From the NCBI GenBank assembly GCA_963666975.2, contig CAXVYR010000003.1, positions 864,001-928,000 on the forward strand: a DNA stretch of 64,000 nucleotides, read 5' to 3'. Positions 22,493 through 34,147 of the stretch are shown piece after piece (position 1 is the stretch's first letter; the number at the start of each line of letters is the position of its first letter). Under the pieces are notes generated by a model. It saw only the letters and a program-made list of their open reading frames with translations. It was not told the origin of the DNA and made no database searches. Source of the DNA: Terriglobia bacterium (lineage in GTDB: Bacteria > Acidobacteriota > Terriglobia > 2-12-FULL-54-10). The translations under genes and the position numbers were made by a program.

Positions 22493-24663
22493 TTAGTAAT
22501 CGGGGTCTTTGAAACCCACCCTCCCCCCAATTACTGTCATCAGTGTCTTAATATTCATTATTTCGGCTTCGGGAATCGTGAAGTAGTCCCTATCCAACAC
22601 GATAAAGTCGGCGAGCTTGCCCCGCTCCAATGATCCCAGTTTATCCCAACGGAGCAGGTACTTTGCGCCTTCGTTGGTCCAGCCTCGCAACGCCGTAATG
22701 CGGTCGATTCTTTCCTCCGGGACCCATACCCTTCCGTTCAGTTCCCGCGTCACCCACCAGCCCACCCACGGCCAAATGGAATCGCGATAGGGAAATCCCT
22801 GCGCTAAGTCGTTCCAAAACCGCTCCCCTTTGCCCGGAAGCGTACCGACGTGAGTATCAGTTGAAAAAACTACTCGGGCGCCCGCGTCGATTAGACTTTT
22901 AAGTGGTCCCCTCCACTTCAAATAGTCTGGGCCCCACAGATTCTCAACGTCCTCCCATCCCGCAAGCCCCGCTGATCGTGAGTAATGGCACGGTTGAAAA
23001 TTCAACCAAAATCCGTATTTCACTAAGTTGGGAATTTGATCTGGCCGAATCCACATATTGTGAGCAAAGCTCCATCCGGGATCGCGAATGTTCTCAAGGG
23101 TGGTTGCTCCTGAAAGAATCAACTCATCCGCAAGAGCAAAAGCCCGCTCGTAAAGGAGGTCTCCCGTCAGACCGTGCAGCTCGGCCAGACGCAAGCCCGC
23201 TTTTGCCGCAGCCAAATGGCCTTGGTAGCTCACCGACTCTCTCGGAATGCACAGATTGTACCTTAACCGATCTTCTACCTGCTGGGCCGTCTCATTCTTT
23301 CGCTTGGCGGATAGGCAATCTCCAAATGCATCCCAAATCTCCCAGCCAACTCCAAAGTTCCACAGATAGTCGCTGCCTTGGCCAGCAAAATTGCCAAGAA
23401 GACGATAGAATTCCGCCGGATCCTTGCCAAAAAATCCAGTTTCGTGTGTCCAGGCAACGCGCTGCGGCAGGGTACCCTTCCGGTCCATCATGTTGAAAGC
23501 ATTGAAGACTTCCACGTTCATTTCACCGTGCGTCGCAACCGTAGTAACACCATACTCGACAAATTCCCTCATTTCACGGCTTATCAGGTCGGCCGCCTTT
23601 TCAGTCTGCCCAGCCAGAATAATGCCGTAAGTGGTGTCGTATTCCACACGAACGCTCGTCTGCTCATAACCCAGCTTCTCAATCATGATTTCTTTCGCCT
23701 TGGTGTTGCCGAAAGCTCGGCAACACCCCGATATCACGACGACTGGTGTGTCGGGCGCGATCTCGTCCATGATGCTGCGGGTGATACCGCCAGGAGCTGG
23801 TGTATAGTCTTCGTTTTGGGGGAGCAGTTGGGTTTCGAACTTGTGCGGCACAATGGTGTAGATCCACTTGTCCTCTCCCCGTTGCTGGATGCGCGCTTTC
23901 AATGCCGACGCGTAGTTCTCCACTACCTCCTCTGGAGTCTCCCCATCCACATACACGGGCTCCAATTGTGGGTCAATGTCTCCCCCATGATGCCACAAGG
24001 CCCACATCTGAGGGTGTGTGTGCACATCAATCAGACCGGGCGTCACCGTCCGGCCTTTTAGGTCAATCAATTGTGTTTGTGGTCCAGCCGATTCTTTGAT
24101 CTCCTGGTCGGTCCCGAGCCTCCAAATCTTGTCGTCCCGAATAGCCATGGCTTGATAAAAGGTCAGGTTCTGGTCCATCGTGGCGATCTTCCCGTTGTAC
24201 ATCAATCAGGGTGGGATTCTTCGGACGGCTAACTTCGGCTCTAATTGACGTGTCCCTCCAACTGTTGGCGCGGCCATGCCAGCGCACCTCTTCGCCTTCC
24301 CGGGATTGCTGCCGTCAGATCTCCCCGTGAGCTATCTTGATCCACGGCGGCAACAGCGCTTTATTGGCACAGCCAAAACACCGGAATCGCCAGTCAGCGA
24401 CCGACTTCGAAGCATGTATGGGACACCCTTTGAAAGCCCATCCACTTGGTAAACGGATGGAATTTCTTCATGGTATGGCCCTCCTTGATAAAAGGTCAGG
24501 TTCTGGTCCATCGTGGCGATCTTCCCGTTGTACACAATCAGGGTGGGATAGACGGCTAACTTCTCTAAGATGGACGGGGATTGCGCCGTCAGACTCCCCA
24601 AGGACAGCCAAAACACCGGAATCAGTAGCAGACAAGTGAAAGCCGTGGTTGGAATTTCTTCAT
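22493..24663 (-). CDS. Secreted amidohydrolase, YtcJ-like (paralogue E); 5' end scrambled at 24200-24500
   Basis: DVHTH, ELH, FAH, STDTH; RBS GGAGG and ATG at 24663; N-terminus duplicated and mixed with IS256 fragments. Confidence 0.8.
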
Positions 24664-24794
24664 GGTATGGCCCTCCTCCATTATTTTGGGAAACAGGTTC
24701 CTCTGCGATTAGCGAAAAAGGATAAACTTCCCGAAGATAAATCTTCGGGAAGTTTAAAAGGTTTCGGTGCACAATCGGATCTTCGGCACTGGAG

Positions 24795-27700
24795 CTAGAA
24801 GATGAACTTCAACCCGAACTGGATCTGGCGTGAGGTATTGCTCGTTGTGGACACTCGTCCTGCTGTCGGATTTACACCTGAAGTGGCAGATGTAAAGACG
24901 TTGGGGTCTGGTTCGAAAAAGTTCGGGTGGTTCAAGATATTGAAGAATTCCGCCCGAAACTGTAGGTTTTTGCTCTCCCCCCAAAGGGTGTTCTTTACCA
25001 GCGAGAAGTCAAAGTTGGTCAATCCTGGCCCGATGATCGTGTTGCGCCCCGCGTTCCCAAAATAGCCCTCAGGCTGCAGCTCAAAAGCACTCGGATCAAA
25101 CCACTGGGCTGGATCGCCCAGGACCGGATTATTGCTCCTACCCGGCTTCAAATCGGGTCGGACCGCGTTGATGGTACCCGCCCACAGACCGGCAGCCCGG
25201 TCAAAGAACAGAGTGGCTGAAGTCGGCAGACCGGAATTCAGCGTGACAATTCCGGAAATATCCCACCCGCCGAGCAGTTTCCCCGCCACCCCTGTCAAAT
25301 TTCGACCCATGGGCAGCTCATAGGAGTAAGTGGCGTTGAAAACATGCGGTCGTTGAAAATCTGACAGGCCGCGTTCGCAAATCCGGCAATCTGTATTCTG
25401 AATATCCTGCTTTCGGTTTCCACCCGATTCCCCAATCCGGACGCTGGAGAAATCGTCAATGGACTTGGACCATGTGTAGTTGAGCGTCAGCATGAAACCG
25501 CGGCGCAACCTCTTGTTTAGAGACATCTGCAAAGACTGGTAGTTGGAATTGGCCTCAAAGAACCGCAGCCCGAGCTGGTCAAAGTTGGGATTGCGGCGTG
25601 TGCGAAAACTTCCCTCCTGGATGCCCCACCTTCCATCCGGCAATATGGTAGTTGGAGCGTAATTCGCATCTCGCCCCATCCCCAGGTGGCGACCCATAGA
25701 GCTTACGTAACCAATCTGGAAAGCCATTTCACCCGGCAATTGCCGCTGGATGTTCAGGTTATATTGCATCACACTGGGAGATGCGGTGGTATTGTAATCG
25801 CTCGGTTCGTCTATTCCAGCCAGCGACCTGGTCGGTTGGAATTCCGCCCACAAAAGGTTGTGGGAAGGGAGGGAAAAACTTACGAACACTGTGTAACTGC
25901 GGTGGCGCGTCTACCCAGAAGGTATAGATATGCGCCAGCATGGGTTCATAATATGCGCCAGCATGGGTTCATAAGATATACCAAACCCGCCTCGCACGGC
26001 TGTTTTTCCGTTGCCTGAAACGTCCCAGGCGAATCCAAACCGCGGAGCGATGTTTCTGAGCGTGGGATTGTTGCGGAAGGGTCTCCTCACCAAACTCCAG
26101 TCGGTGTCGTTCACCGGATCCGCCGCTACGCCGAACTGCCCATCATTACGTTTATTGGCGTTCGTTGCGTTAGTCTGGAATTCGTACCGCAGCCCTAGGT
26201 TCAAGGTGAGCCTGGAGTTCACCCGCCAATCATCCTGGAGGTAGAAGGCAGATAACCACTGGCGCCAATAAGCACTAGGGTCAGACCCCGGCGTGGCGCC
26301 AAGAAATAGCAGCGGCTTCGCCTCGAGAAAAGGATCCATATGCGTAAATATGTGAAATCCGGTGACCTGATATTCGTAAAAGAAGAAGTCTCGGAACCGC
26401 TCGAGGAGCCCCCCGAATTTGAGGGTATGTGAGCCTCGGTTTAAAGTAACATCGTCACTGAACTGGAAGGAATTTCGAAGAGTGACGCTGTTATTGGCCC
26501 AAGACCCCGTTCCCAGGGGACTTAAACCTCCTACAGAGAGATAGCCAATCCGCTTGTAGCTCGGAACAAACCGCATGAACTCTGGTTCTTCCGCAGAAAG
26601 TCCCACATGTCCAGTGCGCGTGTAACCAACCCGCACAGTATTCAGGAATTGCGGGGAGACAATAGCTGTCCATTGCAGAGTTGAGAAGTAGCTACCGCTG
26701 TTGGCGGATTTCGGGAAGCCAACAGTCTTTGCTGAATTAAACGGGGCCGTCGTGACCGCCCGGTCTTGGGTGTAGCGGCCGAATAGGCTGTGTTTTTCGG
26801 AGATTTGATGGTCAATCCGGACTTGCCAAAAATTCTGAGTGGTAGGTTGAGTTGCCGTACTCACGTGCTCTTGGATACCACCCCCGAGCAAAGGTCCATT
26901 CGGTTCCGCCGGATACAGATCTAGGAAGGGCTGAATCGCTGGACTCACGGTTACTGTTCTCCCTGGCAGAATCCCCTGCCGGGCCTCTTTCGAAGGTATA
27001 AAGCCCACGCTGGTTACTCCAAAGCGATCTCGTAAGCCCTCATAGACACCAAAGAAAAAGGTCCTGTCGGGCACGAGCGGCCCGCCTATCGAAGCGCCGA
27101 ATTGATTCCGCTTGAAGGGTGGGATAGGATCCTCTCCCCTATCGAAGAAGTTCTTCGCGTCCAGAGCGCTGTTCCGCAGGAACTCGAAAACGGATCCATG
27201 TATCGTGTTGGTCCCACTCCGTGTGGCCACATTGATGATCGCCCCGTTGGTTCTTCCATATTCGGCACTGTAGTTATTCGTCAACAGCCGAAACTCCCGA
27301 ATGGAATCCACTCCGAGATTTCGGCCTCCCACGCCGGAGCCGGCACGATAGAAGAAACTATTTATACTGGTGCCGTCTAACAGCGTGATGCTCTGGGTCG
27401 GCCGCGAACCGGCCGCCGAGAACCACATTGTAGATTGGGCGAAACCAGGAATACTCTGATCGCCGCCTGTTGCGTTAGGCCGGGCCAAAAACACGCCCGG
27501 TTGCAGCAGAACCAACTGATCGAAACTACGGCCATTCAGCGGGATGTCTCGAATGGTTGTTCCTTCTACCAACGCAGTGACAGCAGAGCTAGTTGTCTCA
27601 ACTATGGGGGCCTCCCCGGTCACCGTAACCGTTTCTGCCACGGCCCCTACCTGCAGAGTAAAATCCACCATCGCTTCCTGCCCCACCGCCAGCGTGATAC

Positions 27701-27995
27701 CAGTGCGCACCACGGTTCGGAAACCTGCGGACTCGGCTCTCACTTCATAACCGCCTAGCCCTATCTGGAGAGTCGTGTATCGACCCTCGCTACTCGTAGT
27801 GACTATCCGTTCGATTCCTGTTTCCAGGCTTCTGGCTGTCACCATTGCTCCGGGAATGACAGCTCCTGTCGAATCGGAGACGGTCCCACTGATCGTTCCA
27901 CCTGTACCTTGCCCCAGAACCTTACTGCCTGTAAGCACGATCAACACCACCACTAACCCCACACCCAAGAGTAGCTTAACCATTGTTCCCTCCAT
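24795..27995 (-). CDS. Oar-like TonB-dependent receptor with N-terminal carboxypeptidase-regulatory-like domain, split near 25900 by a short duplication
   Basis: GTISGTVSDSTGAVIPGA, IPLNGRSF, YSAEYGR, TRSGTN, FLRNSALDA, C-terminal RQIQFGLKFIF. Confidence 0.88.
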
Positions 27996-28145
27996 ATCTT
28001 AGGAAATTTTCTGCCCAGTCGGCGCCCCGCCTAACGATTAAGCCGGAATTCCCATTTTGGGTTCCCGAGTGGCTGTCAGTATGCACCCGGGAAAACCACC
28101 ACAAACTTCTAGGGGAATCAGCGTGTTCGGTATTCCCGAAAACAA

Positions 28146-29592
28146 GAGGGTGTCCCATACATAGTTGAAGGTTGAACGGCGGTTCGGCCCGAATCGAATA
28201 GAATCGGGCCAAGCCTAAAGTCCTATAGAAGGAGAACCGCCGAATGAAGGGAAAATATCACGTTTTGGAACTGGGTTCCAAGGGAGCCGAAGAAACCATC
28301 CAGAAGTTTTGCCAAACCAACGGACAGATGCTGTTGCCGGTGGTGGATCTGATCACGGAGGCGCGTCTGGCGGTGGATGAGGTGATTGATCGGGCCGGGC
28401 GAGGTTTGATTGAAACGATTCTGAGCATGAGCGCAGAGCAAATCGCGGGGCCAAAGAGTCCCGGGAAGGCGAGCGGAGAGGTGCGCTGGCATGGCCGGCA
28501 ATTGGGGAGGGTGAAACTGGCCGATCGCCAGCTGCGGGTGGAGCGGCCCCGGCTGCGCCGGAAGGGCGGAGGGGAAGAAGCGGTGCCGGCCTACGAAGCG
28601 CTGCGGAAAAGCGAGAAGACGGGCGAGGAGATGTTCGAGGCACTGTTGAAAGGGGTTTCGACGCGGAACTACCGCGAGGTGATCCCGGAGATGGCCAACA
28701 GCGCTGGGGTGTCGAAGTCTCAGGTGAGCCGGGAAGCGGCCGAGCAAGGAGCGCGGCGGCTGGAAGAACTGTTGGCGCGGCGCTGGGAGGAGGTCGAGAT
28801 TCTGGTGATTTACCTGGACGGAATGCGGTTCGGCTCCCACCACGTCATCAGCGCCGTGGGCGTGGACAGCGAGGGCCGCAAGCATGTGCTGGGGATTCAA
28901 CTGGGCGCGACCGAAAACGCCGCTGCGGTGAAAGACCTTCTCACCCGCCTGCGCCAGCAAGGTCTGCGCACGGATCAGCGCTATCTGTTTGTGATCGACG
29001 GCGCCAAAGCGCTCCGCGCGGGGATCGAGGAAGTATTCGGCAGCAATCAGCTGGTGCAGCGTTGCCGTACTCATAAGCTGCGCAACGTGGCTGAGCGGTT
29101 ACCAAAGGGCGACAAAATGCTGGCGAATCAGGTGCGGTCGCTGATGCGCGCCGCCTGGCGATTGCCCCAAGCCGAGGAAGGCATCGTGCGCATAAAAAAG
29201 CTCGCTGGGATGATCGAGTGCGATCATCCGGCAGCAGCCGCCAGCTTGCGCGAAGGGTTGGAGGAGACCTTTACGATCAATCGAGCCGACGTTCCTCCCA
29301 GCCTCCACCGCTGCCTGGCAACCACGAACCTCATCGAGAGCCCGCAGTCGGGCGTGCGGAAAAAGACTGGCAATGTTTGCCGCTGGCGCGACGGCGAGAT
29401 GACGTTGCGCTGGGTGGCAGGAGCGTTTCTGCTGACCGAGAAGAATTTCCGGAAGATCATGGGTTATCACGATCTCTGGGCTTTGGCATCGATTCTCGGC
29501 CGAAGTCCAAACGCTGCTTCCTCTCACAAGGAGAAAGTGGCGTAATATGAACTCAACCCGCCGTCCCAACCTGCAACTGAGTTTGGGACACC
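28146..29592 (+). mobile_element. IS256-family copy 3 (transposase 28244-29545), inserted in the receptor's 5' leader
   Basis: Same IRs; target gaaaacaa occurs on both sides, with a blended right junction. Confidence 0.93.
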
Positions 29593-29615
29593 GAGTGGCT
29601 GTCAGTATGCACCCG

Positions 29616-29689
29616 AAAACAAAAAGCCGACTTACCACTGATGGCTGTTAGCGATGCCACCTGCGACGAGTCGGCTCTTTTTGTTTTTG
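29616..29689 (-). terminator. Terminator/attenuator-like hairpin upstream of the TonB-dependent receptor
   Basis: Minus strand aaaaagagccgact...agtcggctttttgtttt. Confidence 0.5.
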
Positions 29690-29867
29690 TCGGGGCTTCA
29701 TTTCGTGCCCCCTCCCGACTTTTACCCCTCTCTTACGCGGGGCTAGGTCGCGAACAAGATTTCGTTACCCGGTTTACGTTCCGAGCGAAACTTGGGCCTT
29801 GCCTCTGGTGAATTTGCGGTTGGACAACTGAGAGCGAAACCGCGACTCAGAGAGGCTAACTGCGGGG

Positions 29868-29896
29868 ATTCTGCTCCCTCCGGAGGAGGCTGTCAA
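29868..29896 (-). promoter_or_regulatory. Putative sigma70 promoter for the receptor-amidohydrolase operon
   Basis: TTGACA-17 nt-CAGAAT on the minus strand. Confidence 0.45.
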
Positions 29897-29912
29897 GGAC
29901 TTTTTAGGAAGG

Positions 29913-31331
29913 TGTCGTTAGCACATGATATGTCCGGTGGAAATAGCAAGTGAAGTGTCCGCTTTGAAGGCGGTCTAGGGTAAGAGCATCTATCCAGGAG
30001 GTGGAGATGGAGTCATACCCGAGGGCCGCGATGGAGCGGGCAATGAAGATACAAGAAGTAATCTTGCGAGCGATAGGGAAGCGGATCAACTGGTGGCAGG
30101 CAGCCGAGATCATCGGGATCAGCGACCGGCAGATGCGGCGGTGGCGCAGCCGGTAGGAGCAGTACGGCTACGAGGGGCTGTTTGACCGGCGGCGGGGAAA
30201 GCCGAGTCCGCGGCGGGTACCCCTGAGGACGGTGGAGAAGGTGCTGGGGCTGTATCAGGAGAAGTACTTTGACTTCAACGTGCGGCACTTTCACGAGAAG
30301 CTGCGGGAGGAGCACGGCCTCCGGCTGAGCTATACGTGGGTGAAGCTGGCGTTGCAGGGGGCGGGGTTGGTAAACAAGAGGCGGAAGCGGGGCGTGCACC
30401 GCCAGCGGCGGCCCCGGCGGCCGTTGCCGGGGATGCTGCTGCATCTGGATGGGAGCCAACATCAGTGGTTTGTCGATGATCGCTGGTATGACCTGCTGGT
30501 GGTTCTGGATGATGCCAGCAGCGAGATTTACTATGCGCAACTGGTGGAGCAGGAATCGACGCGGACGGTGCTGGCTGCCCTGCGGGAGGTGGTCGAGCAA
30601 CAGGGGGTCTTTTGCGCCCTTTATAGCGACCGGGCCAGTCATTTCTTCCTGACCCGGAAGGCGGGCGAGCCGGTGGATCGGCAACGGCCGACCCAGGTGG
30701 GCCGTGCACTGCGGGAGCTGGGCATTCAGATGATTCCGGCCTACTCGCCGCAGGCGCGAGGACGTGGCGAGCGGAATTTCGGGACCTGGCAAGGGCGGCT
30801 ACCACAAGAGTTGCGCCTGCGGGAGATTACTACGGTCGAGGCAGCGGATGGGTTCCTGCGGGAGGGCTATATCGGGGAGTTCAATCGGCGCTTTGCCGTG
30901 CCGACCGCCCAACCGGGCAGCGCCTTTTTGCCGCCAGCCAGACGGGAGTTAGACCGCATCTTCTCGATCCAGCACGAACGGGTGGTGAATCGGGACAATA
31001 CGGTCAGTCTGGAGAACCGCCTCCTCCAGATCGAGAAAACTCCTTGGCGCTGGACTCTGGCGGACTGCCGGGTGACCGTCTATGAACACCTGGATGGGAC
31101 GTTGAGCATTGGCTATGGAGCGCATACGGTGGGCCGCTACTCCTCCGAGGGGGTGGCAATCCGGTGCGGCGCTCGGCGGCGGAGCCCCGTGGCTTCCCGA
31201 CAACACCATTTGGCGCTCACCTCCGTCGCCCTACGGGCTCCTTCGGTCAGCGCCAAACCACTTTCGGTAGAATCATGAAACCGGACATTTCACTTGCTAC
31301 AAATACCGGACAGTTTAACTTGCTAACAACA
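29913..31331 (+). mobile_element. ISNCY/IS1202-like insertion sequence
   Basis: TGT...ACA ends, each with two repeated tagca...tgtccg subterminal motifs. Confidence 0.8.
30007..31278 (+). pseudogene. ISNCY/IS1202-like transposase with in-frame TAG at 30154
   Basis: HTH (QAAEIIGISDRQMRRW), LHLDGS, LDDAS, YSDRAS, SPQARGRGER..GTWQGRL. Confidence 0.85.
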
Positions 31332-31737
31332 AGTGCGGCTGGGAGCCGGTGGGACAGTCTAGGAGAAAACCTTGCCCGGAGGGCTCCACTGGGGGCAAAC
31401 GGGTGTATATTCGTTACCGTCGGGAGGCCAAAAAGTTTATTCCGGGTAAGATGCTGCCCGGAAAGCCAGTTCTTTTCTGGGGTGAACCGCTTCCAGTGGC
31501 GGGACTGGAAGTTTTCCTTCCGGATAGCCCTGCTTTCATCATGAATGCCATCAGTATCGCAAATTGATCCCGACAGGACAATGATGCAGATACATCATTT
31601 TCAGAATGGCTGCCTTCCAGGTGTTCCTGTTTGCGCTGGAAGGGCTCGGTTGGAGGCTGATGGGTGTATACTCGCAACCGACGGAGGGTCAAAAAACTAA
31701 TTCCAGCTTATAGCTATAACTGAAAGGAGTCCAATCG

Positions 31738-33603
31738 ATGAAGCGAAGCCAAACAAAAAAGACATTCTATTCGTTAATCCTGTTTTGTTTCCTGACCGGG
31801 GCTGGGGCGGTTCCGGTTTCGCAGGCTCAATCACCGGAGATCTCCATGCTGGAGCAACTAGCCGTTTACCCCACCCTGATTGTCTACAACGGGAAGATTG
31901 CCACCATGGACCAGAACCTAACTTTTTTCCAAGCCATGGCGATTCGGGACGACAAGGTTTGGAGGTTAGGGACAGACCTAGAGATCAGAGAATTGGCCGG
32001 ACCACAAACACAACTAGTAGACCTAAAAGGCCGGACGGTGACCCCCGGTCTGATTGATGTGCACACGCATCCGCAGATGTGGGGTATGTGGCATCATGGG
32101 GGAGACATCGACCCACAGTTGGAACCTGTGTATGTGGACGGAGAGACTCCGGAGGAAGTAGCGGCCAACTTTGCACCAGCCGTAAAAGCCCGTATCCAGA
32201 AAAATGGAGAGGGGAAATGGGTCTACGCGGTGGTGCCCCATAGAATGCGGGACAAGCTGGTAACTTATCCTATCAGCTATGATTATAAGCCGCGTCCTGT
32301 GACTGGGTTAATTACGCGCGATATGATGGACGAAATAGCGCCCAACACGCCGATGGCGGTATTGTCCGGTTGTTGCTGGGCTTTCGGCAATACGAAAGCA
32401 ACAGAGATCATGGAAAAGGTGGTGGGCTACGAGCAGGTTGGAGTTCGCGTCACTTATGACACGACTTTTGCTGTCGTACTGGCCGGGCAGACTCGCAAGG
32501 CGGCTGACCTTCTCAGACGTGAGATGCAGGAGTTTGTGGAGTACGGTGTCACGACTATTGCTACTCATGGGGAAGTGAACACGGAAGTTTTTAACGCGAT
32601 CAATCTGATGGAACGGGAAGGCACACTGCCGCAACGTTTTGCCTGGACCCACGAAAGTGGATTCTTCGGGAAGGATCCAGCAGAGTTCTATCGGTTACTC
32701 GGGAACTTTGTAGGGCAGGGTAGCGATCATGTGTGGAACATTGGCGTAGGCTGGGAGGTCTGGGATGCCTTCGGGGATTGCCTTTCTGCGAAACGGAACA
32801 ATGAGACCTCCCAACAAGCTCAAGATCGCCTGCAATACAATCCCTGTATACCAGAAGATTCGAAGAGCTATCAGGGACATTTGGCGGCAGCAAAAGCGGG
32901 CCTGCGTCTGGCCGAGCTGCACGCTCTGACGGGAGACCTGGGCTATGACAGAGCCATCGCTCTCGCTGATGAGCTAATTGGCTCGGGAACGACTACCCTT
33001 GAGAAACTTCGCGAACCCGGATGGAGCTTCGCTCACAATATGTGGATTCGGCCAGATCAAATTCCCAACTTAGTGAAATACGGTTTTTGGTTGAATTTCC
33101 AACCGTGCCATTTTGCTCGATCCGCCGGGGGGCCCGGATGGTTAGACATTGAGGATCTGTGGGGCCCAGATTATTTGAAGTGGAAGGCTCCTCTTAAGAG
33201 TCTAACCGACGCGGGCGCTCGAGTAGTTTTTTCAACCGATACTCACGTCGGTACGCTACCGGGCAAGGGAGAACAGTATTGGAATGACTTGGCGCAAGGG
33301 TTCCCCTATCGAGATTCCATTTGGCCGTGGGTGGGCTGGTGGGTAACGCGGGAGCTTCACGGAAAGGTATGGGTGCCGGAGGAAAGAATCGACCGGATTA
33401 CGGCGTTGCGAGGCTGGACAAACGGAGGGGCACAGTACCTGCTCCGCTGGGATCGACTTGGATCATTGGAGCCGGGCAAGCTCGCAGACTTCATCGTGCT
33501 GGATAGGGATTACTTCACGATTCCTGAGGCCGAAATTATGAATATTAAGACTCTGATGACTGCTATAGGAGGCCGGATCGCCTACCAAGCTCCGAGCTTC
33601 TGA
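31738..33603 (+). CDS. Secreted amidohydrolase, YtcJ-like (paralogue F), divergent from the receptor
   Basis: Signal peptide; DVHTH, ELH, FAH, STDTH; highly similar to paralogues C and E. Confidence 0.9.
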   Translation: MKRSQTKKTFYSLILFCFLTGAGAVPVSQAQSPEISMLEQLAVYPTLIVYNGKIATMDQNLTFFQAMAIRDDKVWRLGTDLEIRELAGPQTQLVDLKGRTVTPGLIDVHTHPQMWGMWHHGGDIDPQLEPVYVDGETPEEVAANFAPAVKARIQKNGEGKWVYAVVPHRMRDKLVTYPISYDYKPRPVTGLITRDMMDEIAPNTPMAVLSGCCWAFGNTKATEIMEKVVGYEQVGVRVTYDTTFAVVLAGQTRKAADLLRREMQEFVEYGVTTIATHGEVNTEVFNAINLMEREGTLPQRFAWTHESGFFGKDPAEFYRLLGNFVGQGSDHVWNIGVGWEVWDAFGDCLSAKRNNETSQQAQDRLQYNPCIPEDSKSYQGHLAAAKAGLRLAELHALTGDLGYDRAIALADELIGSGTTTLEKLREPGWSFAHNMWIRPDQIPNLVKYGFWLNFQPCHFARSAGGPGWLDIEDLWGPDYLKWKAPLKSLTDAGARVVFSTDTHVGTLPGKGEQYWNDLAQGFPYRDSIWPWVGWWVTRELHGKVWVPEERIDRITALRGWTNGGAQYLLRWDRLGSLEPGKLADFIVLDRDYFTIPEAEIMNIKTLMTAIGGRIAYQAPSF

Positions 33604-33691
33604 TCCTCTGACCGAAAGTTAAGTGTTTACGGGGAGGCGATTTGCCATAAAACAATGATAGGGCTTTATGCCAGAACACAACACTTTCGAT

Positions 33692-33822
33692 GGTACTGTC
33701 AAGTTAACGGTTTGAGGCCCATGTGAGCGCTTCATAGCAGTCTCTAAGTTGTTGATTCTTTGTTCCAGAGCAGATCGTTTTGGCCTCGACAACGAGGGAA
33801 TTCCCCTTAACTTGACAATGCC
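33692..33822. mobile_element. 131-bp MITE with IS6-type TIRs, copy 1
   Basis: ggtactgtcaagttaa...ttaacttgacaatgcc; the right TIR matches the IS6 IR at 15896-15911. Confidence 0.82.
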
Positions 33823-33935
33823 CGCGCGCCTTATCCGTTGGAAGCCACGGAAGTGGCTGCGGCCGCAATCGGCGCGAAGGTGTATGTGGTCGGCGGCCTG
33901 ATCCGGGCGGGTTCCACTAATCGTTTGTTGGTGCT
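33823..33935 (+). pseudogene. Kelch-repeat fragment
   Basis: EVAAAAIGAKVYVVGG. Confidence 0.45.
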
Positions 33936-34147
33936 TCCGCAATCTAGTGTTGTTAGCTCATCACTATCTACAACAAACAAAGCGGCTTGTTCTATATTTA
34001 CCACACTTCAGACCAGCTAAGACCATTTCTGCCAGCAACCTATTGAACATTATGGGGTTATACCGATCCCACCAACAGTCGATTGCGGAAGCACCGGTAA
34101 ATCCGAGGGTTGGGGCTCGGATTACTTTCCTGTCGGCACTCTCCGTT

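Noticed and set aside
29593-29870. Cobalamin riboswitch before the TonB-dependent receptor
   Set aside because: B12-box and other conserved cobalamin motifs were not found in the expected order
18461-33603. Diversity-generating retroelement behind the paralogue variation
   Set aside because: No reverse transcriptase in the window; differences include indels and are not adenine-specific or confined to a C-terminal region
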